This document shows positions 8,472-18,077 of a stretch of DNA of 54,600 nucleotides, piece by piece. Source of the DNA: a virus. Taxonomy: Duplodnaviria; Caudoviricetes. Every line of letters begins with the position of its first letter. Within the stretch, counting starts at the first letter, position 1. The stretch is taken from the IMG/VR virus record IMGVR_UViG_3300012943_000038, positions 1 to 54,600 of that record. One strand, written 5' to 3'. A program made the translations under genes and the position numbers. Below the pieces are notes generated by a model that saw only the letters and a program-made list of their open reading frames with translations, searched no databases and was not told where the DNA came from.

Positions 8472-11174
8472 TCACCCAGTCTGTGTTGTGGGGTAACGCG
8501 GAGCGAACCGCTGATACCACTCGGCCATCTGCTTGCGGCCGGAGTCGGTGGTCGGGCCGTAGTAGTTGTTGTTGATGATGGTCTGGCCAAGCGCCTTGGC
8601 AGTCTGGCGAGCAGGAGTGACCTGAGAACCCTTCGGCAAATTGAGCAGTTCCGGCCCCTGCTCGCCGACGATGGCGGGGCCGCCCTGCCAGTTCATCGTG
8701 CCGTGGGCCAGTTTCCCGATCTCGTTGATGTGGTGGGCTCCAACGATCGCGCCGACCGAGTTCACTCCACGGATGACCGTGTTGATGCCGTCGATGATGC
8801 CGTTGAGGAAGCCCTTGACCTTGCCAAGAGCAGCCTGAGCCCCGGAGACCAAACCATCCCACACGCGCCCAAGGAAATCCTTGACCGTGGTGAACACGTC
8901 GGTCACCGTGCCGACGAATGTGGTGACCGCGTTGCTGACGAAGTTGAAGGCGGTGATCGCTGCGCTCTTGATCGTCTCCCACACCGGAGTCACGAAAGCA
9001 ACGACCTGTGCAAAGGCAGCCTTGATGCCCTCGATGAATGGCGCGAAGAAGGCCACGATCGCGTCCAGTGCCGCCATGATGTAGGGCTTCAAGAACTCGA
9101 ACACCGCGATGGCGGCCGCCTTGATTCCATCCCAGACGAACATCAGAGCCGCCACCGCAATCGTGAACAGGCCTTGGAGGACGGCAAACCATGTTGTGAA
9201 GTAAGCCTTGAGGGCTTCAAAGACCACTAGAGCCGCTGCCTTGATTGCATTCCACGCAACAAGAGCCGCAATTTGCAGCACCGTAAATGCGATCTCAATT
9301 GTCTTGAAGAAGATCCTGATAGGCAACGTGAGAACTGCGAAGATACCTGTGATGTAAGGGGCCAAGAAATCGAACACCGCCATCGCTGCGGTCTTGATCG
9401 ATTCCCACCCTGTCGTGAGTCCGGAGATCACCGTGTTGAACCCAGTGACGATGCCGTTCCACGCAGCCGTCGCCACGCTGGCGATTCCCGAGAACGCCGC
9501 ATTGACGATGTTGCGGAACGTCTCGGACTTCTTGTAGGCGATGACGAGTGCCGCACCGAGAGCCACGATCGCCGCGATCGTCAGGAACACCGGGTTGAAG
9601 GCCAGCGCCGCGAGGGCTGTACCTACAGCGCGAATCCCGGTCGCGAGGATGGCGAACACACGAGAGCCGGTCACGAGCCGGGCCAGACTTCCGCCCAACG
9701 CCACGGTGAAGTCGACGACCTGACGCAACTTGCCGCCGATCGTTCCGGCCACCCCGGAGAACGCTGAGGATGCAGCGGAGGCCGAGACGAATCCGTTTCG
9801 GACGTTGCCGAGAACGACGGCGGTGGTCTTGGCCCCGTCGTAGAGGCCTCGCATCCCCTTGACCGCGTTCCCGACCGCGCCGCTGAAAATCGAGGCTTGC
9901 AGGCGGAACGCGAAGAACACTCCGGACAGAGCCAGCAGCGGCCCGAGCACGGGAGCAAAAGCGCCGAGAGCCTTGGCTGTCGTGGTAAGAAGCGGTGCCA
10001 GCAGTTGCATGGCCTTCGCCCACTCGATGAACACGTTGACGATCCCGTTGAACACTGCAGGGTCAGCCAGAGTGGCGAACACCGGGCCGAGTTCATTGAG
10101 CAACTCGCCGAGACGAGCCATCGCGTCGACGCCGTTCTGCGCCCACTGAGCGATTGCCGACTGGCCCGAGGCCGATTCGGCGAAGGCATTGAAGCGGTCG
10201 AGAGCGTTGCTGAGCATCGTGACGAATCGGTCCCCGGCCGGAGCCGCTGCCGTGAACACGTTGCCGAGTGCCGCCCCCAACTTGCCGACGAGGCCGAGGA
10301 GTAGACCGGCCGAGTTCTGGGCGCGGCGAAGGATGCCGTCGATCCGCTCAGCGAATCCTGCCTGCTGCGTCCACTCTTGGAAGCGCTCAGCCAGCGCTCC
10401 GATCGAACCGGCCAGCCGGTTGGCCGCAGGCTGGATGGCGATGAACAGGTTGAGCAAGCCGTCGAGGAACGGAATCGCCGCCTCGCTGAGGGTCTTGAAG
10501 ATCGTGTTGTTCTGGGAGAGAGCGGTGTTGAAGCGAGTCACGAATCCCTCAGTCTGAGCGAACTGAGCGAACTCGGTGAACAGGCCGTTGAGGATCCCGC
10601 CAGTCTCTACGAATCGAGCCTGCAAGATCGGGAGGTAAGTGTCGGCCAACGCCTGAATGTCGTCAGCCACTCCCTTGAACACCGCCTGCTGGACAGCCTG
10701 CGTCAGGGACAGCCACTCCTTCTTGAGTCCGATCAGAGCCGTAGCCGTGGCGCGGGCCGCCGGACTCATTTTGGCGAGGGCCTCGGACACCTTCTTCGGA
10801 CTGGCCGCCGTGAGCGCGTCGTCGAACCCGGTGAAGGCCAGACCTGCCACCTTGACGCTCTGAATTACTGAGCCCAGAACTCCTGCGAAGGCGCTGCTGG
10901 CAATCGTGGTCTGTTGAATCGACGCACCGAGAGCGACAACGCCACCGGACAACTCCGAGATCGCCGAGGCAGCCGGGGAGGCCAGCGAGTTGAAGGTGCC
11001 GAACAGGACTGCTCCTCGGCCGAGCGAGATGTCGAACTGCCGGGCGAAGCGATTGCCCGCCTTGTCTCCGGTCTTGGAGAGGGCCTGCTCGATCTGCTTC
11101 GCAACTCGCTTGAGCGAGGACTCGTCGGCCTTGGCCTCGACATCGACTACGGCCCGTCCACCGTCAATGGGCAT
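8472..11174 (-). CDS. Tape measure protein
   Basis: 900 aa, Ala-rich helical; AYKKSETFRNIVN, periodic W/F, VGEQGPELL motif. Confidence 0.92.
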   Translation of the reverse strand: MPIDGGRAVVDVEAKADESSLKRVAKQIEQALSKTGDKAGNRFARQFDISLGRGAVLFGTFNSLASPAASAISELSGGVVALGASIQQTTIASSAFAGVLGSVIQSVKVAGLAFTGFDDALTAASPKKVSEALAKMSPAARATATALIGLKKEWLSLTQAVQQAVFKGVADDIQALADTYLPILQARFVETGGILNGLFTEFAQFAQTEGFVTRFNTALSQNNTIFKTLSEAAIPFLDGLLNLFIAIQPAANRLAGSIGALAERFQEWTQQAGFAERIDGILRRAQNSAGLLLGLVGKLGAALGNVFTAAAPAGDRFVTMLSNALDRFNAFAESASGQSAIAQWAQNGVDAMARLGELLNELGPVFATLADPAVFNGIVNVFIEWAKAMQLLAPLLTTTAKALGAFAPVLGPLLALSGVFFAFRLQASIFSGAVGNAVKGMRGLYDGAKTTAVVLGNVRNGFVSASAASSAFSGVAGTIGGKLRQVVDFTVALGGSLARLVTGSRVFAILATGIRAVGTALAALAFNPVFLTIAAIVALGAALVIAYKKSETFRNIVNAAFSGIASVATAAWNGIVTGFNTVISGLTTGWESIKTAAMAVFDFLAPYITGIFAVLTLPIRIFFKTIEIAFTVLQIAALVAWNAIKAAALVVFEALKAYFTTWFAVLQGLFTIAVAALMFVWDGIKAAAIAVFEFLKPYIMAALDAIVAFFAPFIEGIKAAFAQVVAFVTPVWETIKSAAITAFNFVSNAVTTFVGTVTDVFTTVKDFLGRVWDGLVSGAQAALGKVKGFLNGIIDGINTVIRGVNSVGAIVGAHHINEIGKLAHGTMNWQGGPAIVGEQGPELLNLPKGSQVTPARQTAKALGQTIINNNYYGPTTDSGRKQMAEWYQRFAPRYPTTQTG

Positions 11175-11177
11175 GAC

Positions 11178-11600
11178 TCACAACCCCCTTCCGGCGAGTT
11201 GAAGGGCCTCATCCAAGAACGGCTGACCCTTGGTGCCGGGGTGGTTGACCTTGAAGAACGAGACCTGCTGGCCGACCTTCTCCCAGAAGAAGTTCAACTT
11301 CGGGTTGCCTCGAATGACGTGAGGGCTCGTGTCAGCCACGACGTAGTTGACGTAAGGCGCGACGGGCCCGCCCGCACTGATGCGGTAGCCGAACCCGAAC
11401 CATCCGTTCTCTCGTCGATTCTGCTCGACGTGAATCGTGCTGGCGAGTCGACCGGAGTCTGTCGGACAGAGGGTGATCGCGATGTCCTCGACGAACTCGG
11501 CGCGACGCTTAATGCCGCGATCGACTTCACCGCCGAGGCGGAACACTTCGGTGAAGAACACCGGGGCGGGAGTCATGTGGACTTCAACATCGCTCATCAC
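11178..11600 (-). CDS. HK97 gp10-like tail completion/neck protein
   Basis: CPTDSGRLASTI…VNHPGTKGQPFL motif. Confidence 0.75.
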   Translation of the reverse strand: MMSDVEVHMTPAPVFFTEVFRLGGEVDRGIKRRAEFVEDIAITLCPTDSGRLASTIHVEQNRRENGWFGFGYRISAGGPVAPYVNYVVADTSPHVIRGNPKLNFFWEKVGQQVSFFKVNHPGTKGQPFLDEALQLAGRGL

Positions 11601-11860
11601 ATGACCCCCGTTCCCAGATCAGATTCCTTCTCGAACTTCTGTGCGTCGAGTCGCCGCAGGCCGCTCCAGTCCTCGGCCTCGGTCATGAACACGCGCTGCT
11701 TGGCAGGGCTGAGGCTGTCGACGTGGTTCTGGTAGATCATCCACGTCATCTCGGCTCCCGACCAGTTCTTCCAATCGAGGCCGTTGAGGTTCCAGCCGGT
11801 TACCTGCTCCCGCCACGACGCTGCTGCCCCCGCCCAGAGGGTGAGGACGATTCGGTAGGG
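11597..11860 (-). CDS. Tail assembly chaperone, -1 frameshifted extension
   Basis: Open -1 frame (PYRIVLTLW…) overlapping the TAC end, no obvious independent start. Confidence 0.65.
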   Translation of the reverse strand, partial: PYRIVLTLWAGAAASWREQVTGWNLNGLDWKNWSGAEMTWMIYQNHVDSLSPAKQRVFMTEAEDWSGLRRLDAQKFEKESDLGTGVM

Positions 11861-12171
11861 AGGGCGACCACCTGCTCGGCGTAGGTCGACGCGATGGCCC
11901 CGAGCACGGCCATGCCGTACTTCTTGTCCATGAACAACTTGCGCTCGTTCTCGTCGACGATCTGCGATGCGAGGGTGTCCCGCATTCGGTCGATGGCGTC
12001 CCACATGCCCTCGTTGGATTCGTCCGACATCTCCTTGCCGAGACGCTGGGTCTCGGAGAAGAACTCCTTGTCGGGGTCCGGGTTGAAGTGGAAAACCGTC
12101 TCGGCGTCCAGCCGAAGCGGCAGCGGTCGCAGGTCGATTCCAACCTGCACAGGTGTGCGTTCTGATTCCAT
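11800..12171 (-). CDS. Tail assembly chaperone
   Basis: GGAGG RBS; upstream of TMP; ends …LPTESSSPS typical of actinophage TACs. Confidence 0.75.
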   Translation of the reverse strand: MESERTPVQVGIDLRPLPLRLDAETVFHFNPDPDKEFFSETQRLGKEMSDESNEGMWDAIDRMRDTLASQIVDENERKLFMDKKYGMAVLGAIASTYAEQVVALPTESSSPSGRGQQRRGGSR

Positions 12172-12275
12172 GATGATCCTCCGTGGTGTTCTCGGTGCCA
12201 GCGCCGAGACGAGGATCTTCATGGGAGTAGAACACGCCCCGGCGCTGACGCCGCCATTCAATCACGGCGCTCATC

Positions 12276-12806
12276 TCACGAGCCAACTTCGGCAGCAGTG
12301 TTCTCGACCTTGACCTCTACAGTCACCTGACCAACGATGGTGCTGCACCCGGCCTGCGGATCGCTCTGAACAGCGACCTGTCGCACGATGAGTCGGTGCT
12401 CCGGGCAACACACGAAGGCCCGGTAGAGCGTCTCCATATCGTCGAGAACCTCGTCGGTCGCGGCGTCTACGTCGTCCGGGTCGAGGTAGCCCTGCTCGTC
12501 GATCGTCGGCCAGCAGCGCGTGATCCAGATGGTCATGTTCATCGCCTTGTATCCGGCGCGCTTGCAGGGGTAGACGCGGTTGGTGACCTCTTGGAGATCC
12601 TCGTTGGTCTCGAAGATCCGCTCGACTTGGAAGATCGCCTGACCCCGCCCCTCCACATCAGGGTCGGTGCTCTCGTCGCAGTCGCAGCAATTGACGACGT
12701 ACGGGTTGCCAACCGTGCCGTAGCACTTGCAGAGAGGCCGGGCGGCCTCCTCGAAGGCTGAGCAAACGCACGCGAGGATGTCGCGGGCTGTCTGGCTAAT
12801 AGCCAC
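12276..12806 (-). CDS. Tail terminator / neck protein
   Basis: Position; ITRCWP and PQAGC motifs; Cys-rich. Confidence 0.6.
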   Translation of the reverse strand: MAISQTARDILACVCSAFEEAARPLCKCYGTVGNPYVVNCCDCDESTDPDVEGRGQAIFQVERIFETNEDLQEVTNRVYPCKRAGYKAMNMTIWITRCWPTIDEQGYLDPDDVDAATDEVLDDMETLYRAFVCCPEHRLIVRQVAVQSDPQAGCSTIVGQVTVEVKVENTAAEVGS

Positions 12807-13500
12807 GGTAGTGACCCCCGCCTCCCAGCGGAGCCGCTTCCACCTCCGGCGAGTACACCCGTGCAGGCAGACGAGCGTTGTTCGGGTTGACCAGTTCGAC
12901 CCATCCGGCGACCTCAGGCAGAACCGTCTTGAGTTCCTGATCCGACATCGTGATCGTCACGCCCTGAGCCGTCACCGAGGTGGCGTTCTTGGGCAAGCGA
13001 CACTTCTTGTCCATGCAGGACTTCACCATCTCGCAAGCGAGCGTGGTGGCGACGGCCAGCGCGTAAGAGTCCGGGGCGACGCCGACGACGACCTCGACAG
13101 TAAAAGCCCCCTCGGCCCCGTCCTCAGCCCAGCGAGCATCCTTGGTCGGCCACTTGCCCGGAGGTACGCGCCAGAGAACTTGCTCGTCGGCGTCCCAGCG
13201 CCAGTCGGTCGTCGGGACTTCGGTCGCGCCGTCAAGCACTCGGGTCACCGAGGCGATCCATTGGTCGTCCGGACCGCTGAGACGAATGCCGTCAGCGCCC
13301 CCGCAGCACTTCACGCGGCAGCGTCGGCACTGAGAAAGGGGTCGAAGCGTGGCCGGGCACTGACCGATCTGGAAGCCCGAGAGGCGAGTCATCAGGATCG
13401 AAGCCTGCGTCACCGCCGACGCCAAGATCTCGGTCGACTTGTCCGAGAGGTCGTCACAGCAACCAGAAAGATCCAGCGGCCAGTCACAGGAACATGTCAT
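12796..13500 (-). CDS. Head-to-tail adaptor
   Basis: LSGFQIGQCPATLRP…CRLP…TSVTAQGVT…VNP pattern. Confidence 0.7.
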   Translation of the reverse strand: MTCSCDWPLDLSGCCDDLSDKSTEILASAVTQASILMTRLSGFQIGQCPATLRPLSQCRRCRVKCCGGADGIRLSGPDDQWIASVTRVLDGATEVPTTDWRWDADEQVLWRVPPGKWPTKDARWAEDGAEGAFTVEVVVGVAPDSYALAVATTLACEMVKSCMDKKCRLPKNATSVTAQGVTITMSDQELKTVLPEVAGWVELVNPNNARLPARVYSPEVEAAPLGGGGHYRGY

Positions 13501-13514
13501 GGTTCATCCTCCCA

Positions 13515-14213
13515 TCAGACCGGGGTGTGGACGGTTGCGCCGGTTCCGTCCACCCACACAGATCCGGCAGTTGACCCGACCGCCCAGACCGGCTTGCTGG
13601 TGGTCGTGTTGAACAGCATCTTCCCGGCGTACTTGCCCGCCGTGTTGATGGCGTTGCCGATTGCGGCGAGCGCTGCCGTGGTGGATGTGGGTGCTTCCCA
13701 TGACTGTCCGGTGGATACAGCGGAGTTGGCGACCAGCCTAGTGCCGTTCGCGCCTACCGCAAGACGGGCGACAACCCCTGATGCTGTGGCAACGATCAGG
13801 TCACCCTTGGCGGTGACCAACGCTTTGAGGATGGCGTCACGGGTCACGAACTGGGTGGTGGCTATCGACGTGTCGTTGTCTCCGGCAGCAGGGGTGGGGG
13901 CCTGAGGATTACCTGTGAACTCCGGAGAGTCGATATCGGCCTTGAGCGGCAAGGAGTCCAACACTGAGAAAGAGATATAGAACGCATCCGGAATCAAGAA
14001 CGACGATTGCCCAATGTCAGGCAACGTTCCCACGCCGACCAACAAATCTGAACCGTCGAGGACCACGTCAGCGTCGAGTGCTTCACCATTGATCGTTGTC
14101 GTTTTTGGCACAAGAAGATCCGTCACAGCAGCGATCAACGCCTGAATCCGTGACTCCACCACGACAGGCAGTTCACCCGTAACCGTGTCCGCCCCAACCG
14201 GCTTACGCGCCAT
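13515..14213 (-). CDS. Fibre-like virion protein
   Basis: DSPEFTGNPQAPTP…SIATTQFV repeat; TAKGDLIVAT…RLAVGANG motif. Confidence 0.6.
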   Translation of the reverse strand: MARKPVGADTVTGELPVVVESRIQALIAAVTDLLVPKTTTINGEALDADVVLDGSDLLVGVGTLPDIGQSSFLIPDAFYISFSVLDSLPLKADIDSPEFTGNPQAPTPAAGDNDTSIATTQFVTRDAILKALVTAKGDLIVATASGVVARLAVGANGTRLVANSAVSTGQSWEAPTSTTAALAAIGNAINTAGKYAGKMLFNTTTSKPVWAVGSTAGSVWVDGTGATVHTPV

Positions 14214-14824
14214 CAGTTACTCACCACCAGATCGTAGAAACCATCACCGTCATCTAGCAGGGAAACCAACACCGCGCCGACCACCCCATTCACGGACTCG
14301 ACGTCCGACGCCGTGATCGCGTCGATCTGGGCTTGGAGAAGGGCTTCACCGTCGATGCGGTCTTGGATCTCGCCGTCGATCTTGTCGTCGAGCGCAGCCA
14401 GTTCAGCCGACACGTCAGGAATGACAATCGTCCCCCCGCCATCAGGCTGACACACGGGGGTCATGGTGTCGGCATCCACCGTCGATCCGTCGTCCTCAGG
14501 CAGAACGAACGGACCGATCGTGTAGAACTTCTTCTCGCCTCCTGCGTAAACCACACGCAGTGTGTACGAATGAGACTGCTTGCCGTTCGACACGTCGACC
14601 GGAAGTCCGTTGAGCAGCCATCCCTCCTGATCGGTGACCGGCAACTGGAACGGGGACGTCACCGTCGACAGGATCGCCTTCAACGGCGTCCCAGTCTCGG
14701 CCCAGACCAGATCACGGTCGGCCTCGACTTTGATCGAGGTGACAGCGAGGGGATCCCCCGTCTCCATGACCTGAGCCGCCGAGACAGTCATCGCACGAGT
14801 TGTCACGCCAGCGGGCCATGCCAC
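14213..14824 (-). CDS. Probable virion structural protein
   Basis: GAGG RBS; LPVTDQEGW and VESVNGVVGAV motifs; coupled to the next gene. Confidence 0.55.
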   Translation of the reverse strand: MAWPAGVTTRAMTVSAAQVMETGDPLAVTSIKVEADRDLVWAETGTPLKAILSTVTSPFQLPVTDQEGWLLNGLPVDVSNGKQSHSYTLRVVYAGGEKKFYTIGPFVLPEDDGSTVDADTMTPVCQPDGGGTIVIPDVSAELAALDDKIDGEIQDRIDGEALLQAQIDAITASDVESVNGVVGAVLVSLLDDGDGFYDLVVSN

Positions 14825-14870
14825 GAGGTGTACCTCCTAAGTCACGTCCTAAGTCAGGAAGGGCTCAGGA

Positions 14871-15578
14871 TCAGGATGCCGGGGTGCAAGGAGCAGGCGG
14901 CTCAACGGTGTCGATGATGCCGCAGTCCGTCGGGTACGGGCCGCCGATGAAGCGGTAGCGGTGCTGTCCCGAGGGGAAGCAGGTGTCGGCCCATGCGGCT
15001 TCTCCGGTGAGCGCGTCGCAGAACATCTCGATCGGGCCGGACCCCAACTGCGCCGTGTCCACCGTGTTGCCGCTGATGCGGATCACGTTGTCCTCGGAGC
15101 CGATGTCGCCGTCCTCGGTCATGCGGGCACCCTTGAGGGGGTACAGCCGCCAGTAGTTGTTGCAGCCGGGGTCATCTCCGGCGCACACGTCGCCGCCGAG
15201 GATCTCCTGCACGACGGCCACGAGGACGTTGAAGCGGTCCTGCGTGCCGTCCGACCAGCCGACGACTTCGCCGTCGAAGTAGATCGGCGACGCTCCGTTC
15301 GCCAGTGCGACGAACTCGGGATCGAGCCAGTGGAAGTCCACGTTGACTTCGATGCCCTGCAACGACTGGACGCCGGGCAGGTATCGCTTGATCGAGCCAT
15401 CGGCACACCGTCGGGTGAAGTCCTCACCGTCGTCGATGTTGTCGTCGGTCTCGATGCCTGCCGGGCAGTCGTCGATGTAGCCAGCAGCGGTCCCGTAGAT
15501 CGGGGACATGCAATCGTCGAGGAGGAACAGAGCAACAGCCTTGATCCGACCAAGATCCGGGGTATCACACGTTGCCAT
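14871..15578 (-). CDS. Major tail (tube) protein
   Basis: Acidic 235 aa; LDDC, GEDFTRRCADG, LDPEFV motifs; follows the capsid genes. Confidence 0.7.
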   Translation of the reverse strand: MATCDTPDLGRIKAVALFLLDDCMSPIYGTAAGYIDDCPAGIETDDNIDDGEDFTRRCADGSIKRYLPGVQSLQGIEVNVDFHWLDPEFVALANGASPIYFDGEVVGWSDGTQDRFNVLVAVVQEILGGDVCAGDDPGCNNYWRLYPLKGARMTEDGDIGSEDNVIRISGNTVDTAQLGSGPIEMFCDALTGEAAWADTCFPSGQHRYRFIGGPYPTDCGIIDTVEPPAPCTPAS

Positions 15579-15593
15579 TGTCAGAACCTTCCG

Positions 15594-16373
15594 TTAGGAA
15601 CCTGCTGGGACCGGGCAAGCAGGCACGGTCACGTCGATTGCGATGTTGATGCAGGGGTCGAACGCTGCGATCCCCACGTTGGAGGCGTAGGCCTCATTGG
15701 TGTTGCGCCGCCAGTCGGTGTCGTCCAAGATGAACGACTCGCCCTTGGCAGCCCAGACTGGGCCGGTGGCCCAGAGCCGGATCGTGGTGGCGTCCTCCAC
15801 CGGGTAACCCGAGGAGATCGCCCAAGGAGCCCCAGCGGCCGAGTAGCCGTCAATCGAAATCTGATCGGCAGTGGAGAGGTACGCCGCTGCGCGAACCGGA
15901 GCGTGCAAGAACCACGAGGAGCCGAAGCCAGCGTCGGCGGCAGCCTGCTCAAGGCACCCGACGGCGGCCACGAAATCGGCTCCGGCAACGGTGCCGAGGA
16001 CGATCGCGTCAGCCAGTGAGGGATTACCGAGGCCCAAGAAGTCAGTCGCGAACTGTCGTCCCAGACCCCACTCAGAAGTGGCATCAAGACGACCGCGAGC
16101 ATGGTCACGGTAGCGGTCAGGCTGGTTGCTGAGCGTCGAGCACGCAGCGCCTTGCCGGATCTCGAAAGAACGGAAGGCCGCCACGCCATCGCGCTTCGCC
16201 AGATCCTCACCGACCATGCAGCCGTTGAGGAGTTCCGGCTCACCGCACCCGTAGAACGGGATGACCAGACCGCGCTCCCAGCCTTCGGGAGCGGGGAGGG
16301 CCGCCGCGAGCAGCCCTCCCCTCTGCGGGATGGACTGATCGACTTCGACTACCTCAGGCAGCGTCGCCGTCAT
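15594..16373 (-). CDS. Second capsid protein (pentamer/minor capsid type)
   Basis: Directly after MCP; GGLL…WERG, FLHAP, SSGYP, LWATGPV, TNEAY motifs. Confidence 0.6.
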   Translation of the reverse strand: MTATLPEVVEVDQSIPQRGGLLAAALPAPEGWERGLVIPFYGCGEPELLNGCMVGEDLAKRDGVAAFRSFEIRQGAACSTLSNQPDRYRDHARGRLDATSEWGLGRQFATDFLGLGNPSLADAIVLGTVAGADFVAAVGCLEQAAADAGFGSSWFLHAPVRAAAYLSTADQISIDGYSAAGAPWAISSGYPVEDATTIRLWATGPVWAAKGESFILDDTDWRRNTNEAYASNVGIAAFDPCINIAIDVTVPACPVPAGS

Positions 16374-16401
16374 GTCTATCTCCTAGTTTCCGAGGTTCCG
16401 A

Positions 16402-17949
16402 TCAGGCCGGGCAATCCGCGACCGCGCAGGTCTCGACCGGGATGTCGAGCGACTTCGCGTTGCAGCCGCGAGCCAACAGGCCCTCGAACGACTCCGCGAA
16501 GGCGGCCAACTTGTTCTGCCGGTTGAGGTCGTGATCCCGGATCTCGGTGCCGAGGTCCAGCGTCCCGCCGTCGAGGAAGGAGAAGAACCCGTCGGCCGCG
16601 AGCACGGTCGAGGCGGTGTCCGGGTAATCGGCCAACGCGCCGTCGTACTGCACGGTCTCGATGTCGTCGATGTCCTGCGACCAGACGGCCCGGATGTTCT
16701 CGTTCGCCAGAGCCGCTTCCAGCCGGGCCATGATGAGTTCGATCTCATCGCGGCCGGTGTTCAGACCCCGCACGCGGAAGTCCTCACGGATGGCGACCGG
16801 GAGCCACGAGGGAGCCCAGACCGTCAGTCGAACCTCTTCGAGGCGCTGATCCTGACGGATCAGGGCACCTGCACGGCCAACCGTGTTGAGGAAGTTGGCG
16901 TAGGTGCTGCCGGTCGAGATGCCGGTGTGCGTCGAGGTCGTCGCCGCACGCATCTTGCCGAACAGGTTGGCGTCGGCCAGTCGGGCCTGACGGATGCTCA
17001 CTGCACGAAGGTGGCCACGCCACTGTTCGTTGGCGAAGCGATCCATGAAGTTGCCGACCGTGTTGCAGGCGTAGATGCCTTCGACGTTGACGGTCTCCGG
17101 CTCGTCGCACTCGGCGTCCAAGCAGTCCTTCCACGTCTCCGGGTCGTCGGTGACGGCTGCGTCGTCCTCGCAGGTCCAGACGTCCGAACCGCCATCGGCG
17201 ATGCAGATGGCCGGGAAGAAGGTCACCGCGCCGCGACCACGAACACCGATGGTCGGCAGGCTGTCCCGGATCGGGCGAGCCAGCGACCCGGCGACCGGGT
17301 TTTCGTAGATCGGCGTCGGCAGCGAGCAACAACCACCGGCAGCCGTGACGGCCTCCGGGCTGACGAACGAGTCGATCAGCCGGGTGTTGCCTGCGGTGTC
17401 GCCCACCGTGACCGAACGCTCATCGGCGAACTCCGACGTGATCCGGGCGATGCGCTCCTTGCCGGGGCGCTGCGAGCGGGTGGACTCGGAGAACGCCTGA
17501 GCCAGATCGTCCCAAGAAGCGGAGTCCCGCTTCTCGTTGCCGATCGTGACTTCGGTGCGAACCATCGAGAGGGTGTCGACCGGATCCGGCTCGTTGACGA
17601 CCTCGACGGTCTGCGTGCGAAGACCGAGGCGGCTGAGCGCCTCGTCCATCGGAAGCACCTGCGGCACTTCGTCGGCTTCGACTTCGAGGGCGGCGTCCGG
17701 ATCGACAACGCCATCGAGGACGTCATCGACTTCGGCGGCAGCCTCAGCCTCGGCGGCTTCGGCGGCGGCGACGGCCTGCTCGGCCAGATCGTAGGCCGCA
17801 CGGAGCGACATCAGCGCTTCGAGGTCGTTGCTCTTGCCCTTCTGAGCGCGGAGTTCGCGAGCGATCTCGTTGCGGGCCGAAAGCAGTTCGGCGTGAGTGG
17901 GCGGGTTGTCGGTGCCCAGTCGGGCGAGGATTTCGAGTGCGGTTTCCAT
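16402..17949 (-). CDS. Major capsid protein with N-terminal scaffold-like region
   Basis: Ala/Glu-rich N-terminus; VTAAGGCC…PIRDSLP; GTLDLGTEIRDHDLN…FAESFEG. Confidence 0.85.
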   Translation of the reverse strand: METALEILARLGTDNPPTHAELLSARNEIARELRAQKGKSNDLEALMSLRAAYDLAEQAVAAAEAAEAEAAAEVDDVLDGVVDPDAALEVEADEVPQVLPMDEALSRLGLRTQTVEVVNEPDPVDTLSMVRTEVTIGNEKRDSASWDDLAQAFSESTRSQRPGKERIARITSEFADERSVTVGDTAGNTRLIDSFVSPEAVTAAGGCCSLPTPIYENPVAGSLARPIRDSLPTIGVRGRGAVTFFPAICIADGGSDVWTCEDDAAVTDDPETWKDCLDAECDEPETVNVEGIYACNTVGNFMDRFANEQWRGHLRAVSIRQARLADANLFGKMRAATTSTHTGISTGSTYANFLNTVGRAGALIRQDQRLEEVRLTVWAPSWLPVAIREDFRVRGLNTGRDEIELIMARLEAALANENIRAVWSQDIDDIETVQYDGALADYPDTASTVLAADGFFSFLDGGTLDLGTEIRDHDLNRQNKLAAFAESFEGLLARGCNAKSLDIPVETCAVADCPA

Positions 17950-18044
17950 GAGGGATCTGCCTCCACAGCAAGTTCGGATTATCGAAAGTGGTGTGAGGCG
18001 GTAGCCCACCGCTGGCTGGACTCTTTAGAAGTCCCTCATCGCGA

Positions 18045-18072
18045 ACAGTAGCAGCACAATTCTCCGCGTCAA
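18045..18072 (-). promoter_or_regulatory. SigA-type promoter for the capsid/tail operon
   Basis: TTGACG-N16-TACTGT with TG extension. Confidence 0.55.
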
Positions 18073-18077
18073 ATAAC

